Positions 9,339-17,771 of a stretch of 52,734 nucleotides of DNA are shown in pieces. A model generated the notes under the pieces. It saw only the letters and a list, made by a program, of their open reading frames with translations, did no database searches and was not told where the DNA came from. Source of the stretch: a virus (taxonomy: Duplodnaviria; Caudoviricetes); the IMG/VR virus record IMGVR_UViG_3300036795_000123, positions 1-52,734 of that record; one strand, written 5' to 3'. A program made the position numbers and the translations under genes. Within the stretch, counting starts at the first letter, position 1, and the number at the start of each line of letters is the position of its first letter.

Positions 9339-9864
9339 AGAGGGTGTCGCCTATAGAAGCCATGGATATAAGGCTTCCGTTAGCATCTTGAACGAATAGG
9401 AAGAGGGTATAGTCCGACATGCCAAACCATAGGTAGTTCCCATTGCTTAAGGGCAGCGGTGCAGGGCAATGGCCTGTCTCTTGAACCAAGCCGTTAGGAT
9501 CGCGCACGGATAACTGCACCCACCCTAAAGTGTGGTTAGACGCTGTACCTTGGTTTGCCTCGATCCACGCTTCCAAATGCGCGTTGGCATCTGCGGGAAA
9601 CCCGGTGTTTGCGTCGTTGCTTCGCCCGCTACTAAACCCAGCGTAATTATTGAACCAGCTCCCATCCGATACAACTCGGGCATCCGAGGGAACGGTGTTC
9701 GGATCCTGGGAGGTCCAGCCGTAACCGACATCGGTAAACTCGCGCGCACCACACCTTAAAATTGTGTTGGCGTCCGCCGTGGCAGCATCCGTGGTGGTGG
9801 AAGTGTCGCTAGAACTACCGCAAGCCGTGATGGCGAAAACAAGGCTGAGAATTACGTACCGCAT
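9337..9864 (-). CDS. Lipoprotein
   Basis: MRYVILSLVFAITA-C lipobox followed by a Ser/Thr linker. Confidence 0.8.
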   Translation of the reverse strand: MRYVILSLVFAITACGSSSDTSTTTDAATADANTILRCGAREFTDVGYGWTSQDPNTVPSDARVVSDGSWFNNYAGFSSGRSNDANTGFPADANAHLEAWIEANQGTASNHTLGWVQLSVRDPNGLVQETGHCPAPLPLSNGNYLWFGMSDYTLFLFVQDANGSLISMASIGDTL

Positions 9865-9896
9865 ACTTATTAGTGTACTGTACCGCGCAGGTTCGG

Positions 9897-10184
9897 CTAG
9901 GAAATCTCATCCTGGGCCTGAAGGCGTCGACGTGCAATTTCTTTCCACAAAACCATGGCATAATTGTGGGCAAGTTGCGCGTTGGCGGGAGCTGGGTTAG
10001 TACGAAAACCTGACCCTGTAATCAGTGTTTGCATGAAAGCTATGGAAGCCCTTTCAATGAAAGCGTCGTAATGCGTGTCAGGCCCTAGTAGCTTGTTTAC
10101 CTCGCTGCAGTGCCAGCCCCCTTTTTCTTGAAGAATCTTGCGGGCCTCTTTTTTCAACTCGGATGATGCCTGGTAGTCAGTCAT
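9897..10184 (-). CDS. Hypothetical protein
   Basis: GGAGG RBS; ATGA coupling. Confidence 0.6.
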   Translation of the reverse strand: MTDYQASSELKKEARKILQEKGGWHCSEVNKLLGPDTHYDAFIERASIAFMQTLITGSGFRTNPAPANAQLAHNYAMVLWKEIARRRLQAQDEIS

Positions 10185-10402
10185 GGGTTCATCACCTCCC
10201 ACATGCGTTTGGGTAATGTGCGCAAGTTGTAGTGGGTGCCTTTCTTGGTGGCTTTGTCCCACGCTCGACGCCAACGCACACACTCAGCTAAGTAAGCGGC
10301 CACCTTTAAGGTTTCTTTGGATGGCCCTATCGGGAAACTGAATGCCCCATACCCCCAATCGACAATACCTGCACGTGTTTCAAGAATTTCTTTTCTCATC
10401 AC
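10181..10402 (-). CDS. Hypothetical protein
   Basis: Coupled ORF. Confidence 0.55.
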   Translation of the reverse strand: MMRKEILETRAGIVDWGYGAFSFPIGPSKETLKVAAYLAECVRWRRAWDKATKKGTHYNLRTLPKRMWEVMNP

Positions 10403-10839
10403 TACCTCTTCTCAAAAATGTCTATGAAGCGCGCCACGATATCGCCGTCGCGCTGTAGGCCACCGCGCTTGACGATGACTTCCACGCGGTTCCCGTGAAT
10501 TTCTAGATCTGGTGTGCGCGGGAAGAGCGCCGGGTCGAGCAGCGCCAGGTGGTTGACCGTGGGGGTTTCCGTGCCGGTGAACACCGTGCGCGCCGCAGCC
10601 GGGGCAAAAACCAAACCACCTAGGCTATCATCCCGCACCGTCAAAAACCCGTCCCGGGTGGCTTGGTTCGCAGCGCTGTCCACGAGGTGGCACATGTCGG
10701 GCTCAAGTTCGCAGCGGTAGGTGACCGCCGGGGCCGGTGGTGGGAGCATGTGCGCGCACGCGCTAAGAGCGAGCAGAGGTAGAGCGATAGCTTTCATTTT
10801 GACTTTAACGATCCTTGTGTTGGAATTATTCCCGGTCAT
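10402..10839 (-). CDS. Putative lipoprotein (alternative start 10797)
   Basis: MKAIALPLLALSA-C lipobox. Confidence 0.65.
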   Translation of the reverse strand: MTGNNSNTRIVKVKMKAIALPLLALSACAHMLPPPAPAVTYRCELEPDMCHLVDSAANQATRDGFLTVRDDSLGGLVFAPAAARTVFTGTETPTVNHLALLDPALFPRTPDLEIHGNRVEVIVKRGGLQRDGDIVARFIDIFEKR

Positions 10840-11408
10840 GTGCGCACGAAACCAACATCTTTGAAGGCGTTCGCGAACCGAGCGATGGCCGCGTCGTTAT
10901 CTGTGCTGGGAGGGAGGTAGACCACCACCGGCGCGTGGGATGGGTTTTTGCTGGGCCCTTTGACGCTATCGAATCCGAAACGCTCGCGGGGCACCCAAAA
11001 AGGGAACGCTTGCGGGGGGGCCATGGGTAGGCATTGGCCAGTCTGCATAATCTCGATCGAGAATCCCACAAAGATGGCGTGGCGAAACTTCCCGACCGCC
11101 CATTCCCGCACGGTGCGTTTCCAGAAGAGCGCGGCCGATGACTCGCCGCCGATTTTGCCGCCAGGTGGGTTGATGAACACGGAATCTACCCGGGGCCATG
11201 TTCGTTCTAGAGCGTCTTTTTCCCAGTAGACGGTGGCGTTGACGCGCGATTCCCCGAATCCGTCGCTGGCCGGATCGAAGTCTATGGTGCCGCCTAGCAC
11301 CTCGGTGGCTTTCTCTATCAGCCACACGGGCGTGTACCATAGCGAGGTTTGCGACAGATGCTTCGCATTCATGTCATCGTCCGGGGTTTTTTGACAAGCT
11401 TGACGCAT
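10836..11408 (-). CDS. Phage Dam-like N6-adenine DNA methyltransferase (start 11372-11408)
   Basis: WYTP, IDFDPAS, DAL and VFINPPG motifs (NPPY variant). Confidence 0.8.
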   Translation of the reverse strand: MRQACQKTPDDDMNAKHLSQTSLWYTPVWLIEKATEVLGGTIDFDPASDGFGESRVNATVYWEKDALERTWPRVDSVFINPPGGKIGGESSAALFWKRTVREWAVGKFRHAIFVGFSIEIMQTGQCLPMAPPQAFPFWVPRERFGFDSVKGPSKNPSHAPVVVYLPPSTDNDAAIARFANAFKDVGFVRT

Positions 11409-11487
11409 AGTGTGAGGCCCTCTTTGACCGACGCCTATATCAGGCTGTTTTGCTGGTGTCACAGCCCTATGCGGTATAACTAGAGGC

Positions 11488-11784
11488 GTGGCACGATCGT
11501 GGTCCCCATGGAGTCGCGAGAAGTCTAGCAAAGCCCAGGAACTCGCTCGATTAGAGCGCGAGCTCCGCGGGCGCTGCGTGCCGCACTACGCCACGACCCC
11601 CTACTCTCGCCGCTACCAGGGAGCCCCCGACTTGCTTTTGCCTGCGTTGGGGGTTGCGCTATGGTGGTTTAGCGACCGGATCACTCGGCGGCAAGCCGCC
11701 GAACAGGCCCTTATTCGGGAGCGTGGGTGGCGCGTGTTGATACCGCAGACTTTCCAAGATGCATTACGGGAGATAGATCCTTGA
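11488..11784 (+). CDS. Degenerate VRR-NUC-like protein
   Basis: GAPDLLL...Q...I...GWRV layout, lacking the E-x-K motif. Confidence 0.4.
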   Translation: MARSWSPWSREKSSKAQELARLERELRGRCVPHYATTPYSRRYQGAPDLLLPALGVALWWFSDRITRRQAAEQALIRERGWRVLIPQTFQDALREIDP

Positions 11785-11945
11785 GTGATAAATTTTCTGG
11801 CCTTTATGCGTACCCTGGCACAACCCCCCCGGCCCCTCCGCCGCCACCTCCCGACGCTGCGGTTATCGAAAGCATGCAAGCCGAAATCAAAAAGCTGCGG
11901 CAAGCCGTTGAGAAGTTGACTCAACTGCTCAAGGAAAAACTTTGA
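11781..11945 (+). CDS. Small Pro-rich/coiled-coil protein
   Basis: Coupled between the upstream ORF and the portal. Confidence 0.45.
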   Translation: MSDKFSGLYAYPGTTPPAPPPPPPDAAVIESMQAEIKKLRQAVEKLTQLLKEKL

Positions 11946-14398
11946 TGCGCTCTTTAGCGGTGGCCGAGGTTATCGATTGGATGGATGACGCGTGGATGAA
12001 GAAATCCCGCGGTGGCCCTAAGCCGGCGGACGGTGGGGGCGTGTTCCCGCGTGCGCTAAGCACAGCCACCGTGCAGTACAACATGCGCCAAGTCCCGCAA
12101 CGGGGTATGGCCGAGATGTTGAACGCCTACCGCAGCAACCCGTGGCTGCACACGTGCGTGGACATTATCGGTCGCAAGTTCGGAGAAGTCCCGTGGAAGT
12201 TGATGGCGCGGCCGAATAAAACGACAGGCAAACGCGTCCCGATCGGGAAGTACGCACGTTTTAAGGGTGACGCGCGGTTTCGGTCGTTGAAAAAAGCGCT
12301 CGATACCGGTGAGCTCAAGGAAATCGAAAACCATCCGTTGCTCGATCTGTGGGAGCGTCCGAGCCCCGTGATGTCCGGTTTTTGTTTGCGCGATCTGTGG
12401 TGCAAGTACCACAAGATGCAAGGCGAGTCGTTCACGTACAAGCGACGTGACACAAATGGGATCGTGTACGAGCTCTGGATTTTGCCGCCCACCTGGATCT
12501 ACCGTGTCCCCACCGAAAACATGCCTTACTTCGATGTGAGCGTTATCGGCCGCACGATGCGTATCGCTGCGGAAGACATGATATGGATGAAGCACCCCGA
12601 GCTGCTTAACCCGTACACGCGTGGATCGGGACAGGGCGAATCGCTCGGCTCGTACATCGATACAGATCATTATGCGATGGAGTTTCAGAAAGCCTACTTC
12701 TACAACGATGCGCGGCCGAACCTCATGATCCACATGAAAGGCGCGGCAAAGGACACGGTAAAGGATTTCGAAAACAGGCTGGATAACGCCTTTCGGGGCC
12801 CGCTGCGATCACATCGCCCTTTCATTTACGACGGCCCGCAGCCGTTAGATGTCAAAGAGATCGACCTTTCCAAGGGAATCGATGCGGCAATCCCGCTGCT
12901 CAAAGCGGATCGTGACACATTCTTGAGTGTGTTCGGGATACCGCCAGAACTTGCCGGGGTACTTTCGAGTTCCAATCGAGCCACCATCACGGTGGCGGAA
13001 ACAATTCTCGCGCGTAACGTGACCGCGCCGCAGTGCGAGTTTGTCCTAGATGAGATCGACCGCCAGCTCGTGCCCGAGTTCGATCAAGGCGAAGGCAAGA
13101 TCCTCCTCAGCTACGACAACCCCGTGCCCGAGGATCAGGATTTCCAATTGACCGTGCTCGCCAAGGCCCCGTGGACGGCCGACATGGGTGAATGGCGCGA
13201 GCTCGCCGGGCTGCCATCCCGTGGCGACAAGGATAACTTCTACATGGTGCCGGTGGGCATGTCGCCTACGGACGATCCGAGCAAGCCTGTCATCCCGCTC
13301 GCGCCGCACAAGATCGGCGACGTGATTAAACCGGGGCAGACTTCCAACGATGTCATGGGCGAGAATGGGGCCCCCGAACCGGGATCTTTGAAGGACCCCT
13401 TAAGCGGCGTCGGCCCCACTACCGGTGGCGCGGGTGACGATGATGAAGAGGAGCCACCAGGCGGTGGTTCGGATGACACGGCTGCGGGCGTGGGCGAGGA
13501 TGGAGTTAACGGCGGCGGCTCAAAAAAAAAGTCCGGTGACTTAGGTATCACGGATTTTTACGCCGCGATAAGCAAGGCCGATGATGCGCCCAGCTACACC
13601 CGGGTAAAAGACGCGCGCACAAAACGCGTCATCGCCGCGGTGAAGCCCAAGGCCATCAACACCCAGATCGACCCCGTGTGGCAAGCTAAGGTCAAGGAAT
13701 GGGGCGATCGTGCTTTTGAAGATATGGGCGTCAATCCTGCGTTCGACATGTACAATGAGACGGTCAAGGACCACCTAGAAGATTTCTCATCCGATCGTAT
13801 CACCTGGGTGAATGACACCACGCGCGACTCCATAGCGAGCGCTCTCGGTAAGGGCATCGATGCGGGCGAGGGGATCGAGGATTTATCCCAGCGTATCAAA
13901 GACGTGTTCGCCGGCTGTGACAGCACGCGCGCGAAGTTAATAGCTCGCACGGAGGTCACGCGCTCCGCGAATTTCGCATCGTTGCAGGGCTACAAACAAA
14001 CGGGCCTCGTGAGCATGAAAAAATGGCTCGCGACGATGGATGACAAGGTGCGGGATGACCACGCGGAGCTCGGCGAACAAGAGCCTATCCCGATAGACGA
14101 TGACTTTGAGGTGGGTGACTACAAAGGTCAGGCCCCTGGTGATTTTGACGCACCCGAGCAGGATTGCAATTGTAGGTGCAGTATCACGCCCGTGGCTGAT
14201 GAAGCGCCGGGCGTGCAGCCCGAAGAATTGGAAGGCGATGACGATACCGAGAGCAAGGGCATGCGCCGTATGACGGATGAGGCGCGGTGGAAGCGCTTCG
14301 ATAGCGACGCCACGAGCTGGGAAAAGAGCGCGGTCAAGGCTCTTCGGAAGGCTTTTGCCGAGCAGGAAAGGGCTGCTCTAGCTGCTCTACGAGCCTAG
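11942..14398 (+). CDS. Portal protein fused to a MuF/SPP1 gp7-type head morphogenesis domain
   Basis: HPLLDLWERP, ELWILPP, FYNDARP, FGIPPELAG, NRAT (portal); acidic Gly-rich linker; RAKLIARTE, KKWLAT.DDKVRDDH, CNCRC (MuF). Confidence 0.92.
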   Translation: MMRSLAVAEVIDWMDDAWMKKSRGGPKPADGGGVFPRALSTATVQYNMRQVPQRGMAEMLNAYRSNPWLHTCVDIIGRKFGEVPWKLMARPNKTTGKRVPIGKYARFKGDARFRSLKKALDTGELKEIENHPLLDLWERPSPVMSGFCLRDLWCKYHKMQGESFTYKRRDTNGIVYELWILPPTWIYRVPTENMPYFDVSVIGRTMRIAAEDMIWMKHPELLNPYTRGSGQGESLGSYIDTDHYAMEFQKAYFYNDARPNLMIHMKGAAKDTVKDFENRLDNAFRGPLRSHRPFIYDGPQPLDVKEIDLSKGIDAAIPLLKADRDTFLSVFGIPPELAGVLSSSNRATITVAETILARNVTAPQCEFVLDEIDRQLVPEFDQGEGKILLSYDNPVPEDQDFQLTVLAKAPWTADMGEWRELAGLPSRGDKDNFYMVPVGMSPTDDPSKPVIPLAPHKIGDVIKPGQTSNDVMGENGAPEPGSLKDPLSGVGPTTGGAGDDDEEEPPGGGSDDTAAGVGEDGVNGGGSKKKSGDLGITDFYAAISKADDAPSYTRVKDARTKRVIAAVKPKAINTQIDPVWQAKVKEWGDRAFEDMGVNPAFDMYNETVKDHLEDFSSDRITWVNDTTRDSIASALGKGIDAGEGIEDLSQRIKDVFAGCDSTRAKLIARTEVTRSANFASLQGYKQTGLVSMKKWLATMDDKVRDDHAELGEQEPIPIDDDFEVGDYKGQAPGDFDAPEQDCNCRCSITPVADEAPGVQPEELEGDDDTESKGMRRMTDEARWKRFDSDATSWEKSAVKALRKAFAEQERAALAALRA

Positions 14399-14401
14399 CG
14401 T

Positions 14402-14596
14402 TTAGGCGAGCGAACGGTGGTCGATGCGAACGCCCATGCTGCGTACAAGTCCTGTAAGCGCTGTAAAGCGCCCTGGCCTACCTTCGGGTGTTTTCCTGAA
14501 CATGGCGTAGTACTGCCATGTCAATCTAGGTAATTCCAGGATGCGTTTCCACAACGGTCGGCGTCGGATGTTGGGCGGGAGCGTCACGGTGGCCAC
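14402..14596 (-). CDS. Hypothetical protein
   Basis: Last gene of the leftward cassette. Confidence 0.5.
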   Translation of the reverse strand: MATVTLPPNIRRRPLWKRILELPRLTWQYYAMFRKTPEGRPGRFTALTGLVRSMGVRIDHRSLA

Positions 14597-14793
14597 CGGT
14601 AGATCGAGTCATCGTGGCAGCGGTAACCTAGAACTTTGATGGCAGCGACACCACCTCTACTTGTGCATGTGTGCAAGGCTTGCATCACGCGGTGGTCGCT
14701 GATGTCCGTGTTTTCACCCATGAACAAACCCACGGCCCACCAGAAAGCAGCCGTCGCAAGGAAACTGAAGTACAGGAGGAAACTGTGCTTCAT
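14584..14793 (-). CDS. Small membrane-anchored protein
   Basis: N-terminal TM; C-x4-G...C pattern. Confidence 0.55.
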   Translation of the reverse strand: MKHSFLLYFSFLATAAFWWAVGLFMGENTDISDHRVMQALHTCTSRGGVAAIKVLGYRCHDDSIYRWPP

Positions 14794-15071
14794 GGTTTTA
14801 AGGCGCGCCCGGGATTCTTAGCACCACAGAGCGCACATTCCCAAGGATCTTCGATCTTAGTGCTCGGGAGCCACCGGCGTTGATGACCACGCATCCCGCA
14901 CATTTCTCGCGCGCCCCTCTTGTTAGCCTCTCTTAAAGCTTCATCGAGTAGATCCAATTCGATGGAGGTTTTTCTTTGTACATATCCCGCGTGATGCGCG
15001 CCCACGTCGTTGTCTAGATCAAGTTGATCTTGAAGTCGGGTCTTTAGTTTTTCTGCGGCGGGCGTGGTCAT
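14790..15071 (-). CDS. Hypothetical protein with Zn-ribbon
   Basis: C...GH...CALCG. Confidence 0.6.
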   Translation of the reverse strand: MTTPAAEKLKTRLQDQLDLDNDVGAHHAGYVQRKTSIELDLLDEALREANKRGAREMCGMRGHQRRWLPSTKIEDPWECALCGAKNPGRALKP

Positions 15072-15078
15072 TTTTTAG

Positions 15079-15309
15079 TTACCTCAACGCCTCGGCGAGC
15101 AACCATCGCACCGCTTCTGCGCGGCTCTTCATACCATGCGCGGTCGCGTATCGGTCAAGGGCTGCGACTAGCTCGGCGGGTAGCCGGGTGGTTTCGTTGA
15201 TGAACTTAGCGGAGGATGGTGGGCGTCCCGCGTTAGGACGTGTGCCGCCTCGATTGCCACAAATATGCACCTTGTGAAAAGTAGCACCGCAGTTTGCACA
15301 TGTATTCAT
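15079..15309 (-). CDS. Ribbon-helix-helix (CopG-like) DNA-binding protein
   Basis: RGGTRPNAGRP followed by TTRLPAELVAALDRYA...SRAEAVRWLL. Confidence 0.75.
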   Translation of the reverse strand: MNTCANCGATFHKVHICGNRGGTRPNAGRPPSSAKFINETTRLPAELVAALDRYATAHGMKSRAEAVRWLLAEALR

Positions 15310-15418
15310 CTGGTGCGCCGCATCTTCGACATGACCCAGAGTATGGACCAGAGTTTGAGCAACTGCGCGCCGCGTTGTCCGTCGAGCGCTATGCGGGCCC
15401 GGGGGCCGTTGGTGCACA

Positions 15419-15634
15419 TCACACACATAACGACCCCCAAGGGGATGCTAGGAGTTTTGCAGGCGCGCTATCTACCCAGACGCTACCGTCCCAATATTTT
15501 TTGTGGCCATTCCCATTTGTATTGGTGGCAATTGCCCTATGATGGGCATCTAAGTCTGGCAGATAGATGTCTCTGTCAAACGCACGGCGTGTCAGCCAAT
15601 TCTCGCTAAAATAAACAACATCGTAAAGCATCAC
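15419..15634 (-). CDS. Hypothetical protein
   Basis: Coupled ORF. Confidence 0.5.
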   Translation of the reverse strand: MMLYDVVYFSENWLTRRAFDRDIYLPDLDAHHRAIATNTNGNGHKKYWDGSVWVDSAPAKLLASPWGSLCV

Positions 15635-16008
15635 GGGCTCGCTTTCGTGGTTAAGTCTTCTAATCGGCGAACTACTTTCACGCAGCGGGCCATGTCCTGC
15701 GCGTGCAACGCGGCGAACGCTTCGATAAGCAATTCGTTGTTCACCAGCATCACGCTCTCGCCGTGGGCCACCTCGGCCTCGGCCATCAACTCAAAGATGC
15801 TGCGGCCGATGAAATGGAACTCGTAAAGAGACATCCGACGTGCGTCTTCTTTTGCTGCGCGGGCGTCGGGGGGTGTTGTAACCAATGTGTCGTAAAAATT
15901 TTTAGCGTCGGGCCAGTTGCCACGAAACAATTCTACCACATCTGTATCACTGTATCTCTCACGAATTACCCATTCTTGGCCTTCTTTTCCGATGCTTGCG
16001 CTACTCAT
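15631..16008 (-). CDS. Hypothetical protein
   Basis: GGAG RBS before ATG 16008. Confidence 0.6.
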   Translation of the reverse strand: MSSASIGKEGQEWVIRERYSDTDVVELFRGNWPDAKNFYDTLVTTPPDARAAKEDARRMSLYEFHFIGRSIFELMAEAEVAHGESVMLVNNELLIEAFAALHAQDMARCVKVVRRLEDLTTKASP

Positions 16009-16063
16009 GGGACTACTCCGTTTGTTTGTTTTTGCCGTTATTCTAGTGATGACGTGGGCCTTT

Positions 16064-16285
16064 TTAGTAACCAAGGCCGATTTCTTCTTTGACTCGGCGG
16101 CGAGCGGCAACTGCTTCTGTTGTGAATTGCCCAGCAAAGCACATGATTTCGAGCGCAGCCCCTACTAAGATGTTCGCATCTTGTAAGTCCCCGGGGTTGT
16201 GCGCGGCGTTTAGGCGCACATTTTTGTAATTATCGATGGATGATTCGAGGATCTGGTTGGCGTATGCTTGGCTCATGTTGTTCAT
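16064..16285 (-). CDS. Hypothetical protein, first gene of the leftward cassette
   Basis: GGAG RBS downstream of a sigma70-like promoter. Confidence 0.6.
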   Translation of the reverse strand: MNNMSQAYANQILESSIDNYKNVRLNAAHNPGDLQDANILVGAALEIMCFAGQFTTEAVAARRRVKEEIGLGY

Positions 16286-16318
16286 GTTGCGCTCCGTTGT
16301 TGCTCTACCTACTCATTA

Positions 16319-16346
16319 AATATAGCACGCGGTTTGATTTCCGCAA
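16319..16346 (-). promoter_or_regulatory. Sigma70-like promoter for the leftward cassette
   Basis: TTGCGG-16 nt-TATATT with extended -10 TGn. Confidence 0.6.
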
Positions 16347-16472
16347 GCGAATAATCAATGCCTTGATCCAACTTAGTTTCTAAACAAATTCAACGACTTA
16401 ACCTAGTTTAGCACATGCCTTGATCCAAATACTTCGCAGGTTTTACTGGACTTCCAGGTTATTAGGGAGGGG

Positions 16473-17759
16473 ATGCCTGATCGTGTCTCAAGGGCCAGTT
16501 TTGCGAAAAGTAGTTCAAAAGACGTAGCCCTTTCAAAAGCTGCAGATCTGACACTCGACCCGGGCGAGGTGGGGGTTTCGTCGCGCACGGCCCCCTTCAT
16601 TATCAGCACCGAGGCGGTCGATCGTGATGGTGACACGCTAGCCCTAGATGGCTGGGATCTCGCCGATTATAAAAACAACCCCGTCATTCTCTTCGACCAC
16701 AACCCCACGTGCCCTATCGGCAAAAGCTTGTCTGTTTTCGTCGAAGACGATGCCTTGCGCGCCGTGGCGTGGTTCATCGAAAAAGATGCGCTCCCCGACA
16801 ACGTCCCGGACATTTTCAAGCTGATCGAAGCGGACGTTCTGCGCACCGCGAGCGTTACTTTCCTCCCCCTCGAATTCACCCAGGCCCTAGACCGCGCATC
16901 CAACTCCCCGTGGGGCATCCCCCCGATGAATTTCAAGCGTCAGAAGTTGCTTGAATGGTCGGTGGTGTCGGTGCCCAGTAACCAAGAGGCCTTGCGCCAG
17001 GCGAAAAGTCTCAAGGGGGTAGACTGGCGCGGCTACAATCAGTGGATCGAGCGCTCACTCGATGAAGCGGCTTACCCCCTCGCTGCCCCGCGCGTGGAGT
17101 ACGAGAAAACTCACGCCGTGGTGAAGAGTTTTCTCACTACCGCAAAACCGAAAGTCGCTCCCGTCGCGGGGGCTACGGACAACTCCTCCATGAAAACAAG
17201 CAAGGCGGGCAAAGTGCTGAACAAAGACAATTTGAACCGGTTGAAGGCGGCGATGAAGCATGCCGATACGGCCGAGGATTGCCACACGAAAGCTCTTGAG
17301 CTGCACGACAAGGGTTTGAAGCATCTCGCCTACTGCGCCGATCACATGAAAGCCATCATGGATTCGCACGACAGTGCGACCGATAAGGATGGCGATGGTG
17401 ATGGTGATGAGGGTGGCGACTCGGGAGATTCCGACAACACGGGCAAAAAAGACGCGGGGCAACAGATCGTGGATGAAGGCTCGGGGGCCGGTAACGGCAA
17501 GCCGGTAGGCGAGGTCAAGCCGGATCTGCCCGATTCGGAAGACTACTACCAGCAATATGGCAAGGCCGCCGGGGCCGGGAAAAAGGACGCGGACGTGCTT
17601 GCCCGAGCCAAGGCCATCATCCGCGGCACACCGGCTGCCCCGGCCGCGCCGGTGGTCGAACAAGAGCCGTACACCGAGGCCGAACTAGCGGAAGGCCTTC
17701 AGATCGCGCTTGAGCGTCAACATCAAAAACATCTGCGCACCTTGCGCGGCCAAGATTAA
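16473..17759 (+). CDS. HK97-family prohead protease with long C-terminal (scaffold-like) extension
   Basis: STEAVDRDGD, YKNNPVILFDH, PIGK, SVTF, LLEWSVVSVPSN; KAGKVLN..N motif. Confidence 0.93.
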   Translation: MPDRVSRASFAKSSSKDVALSKAADLTLDPGEVGVSSRTAPFIISTEAVDRDGDTLALDGWDLADYKNNPVILFDHNPTCPIGKSLSVFVEDDALRAVAWFIEKDALPDNVPDIFKLIEADVLRTASVTFLPLEFTQALDRASNSPWGIPPMNFKRQKLLEWSVVSVPSNQEALRQAKSLKGVDWRGYNQWIERSLDEAAYPLAAPRVEYEKTHAVVKSFLTTAKPKVAPVAGATDNSSMKTSKAGKVLNKDNLNRLKAAMKHADTAEDCHTKALELHDKGLKHLAYCADHMKAIMDSHDSATDKDGDGDGDEGGDSGDSDNTGKKDAGQQIVDEGSGAGNGKPVGEVKPDLPDSEDYYQQYGKAAGAGKKDADVLARAKAIIRGTPAAPAAPVVEQEPYTEAELAEGLQIALERQHQKHLRTLRGQD

Positions 17760-17771
17760 GGGAAATCAACC

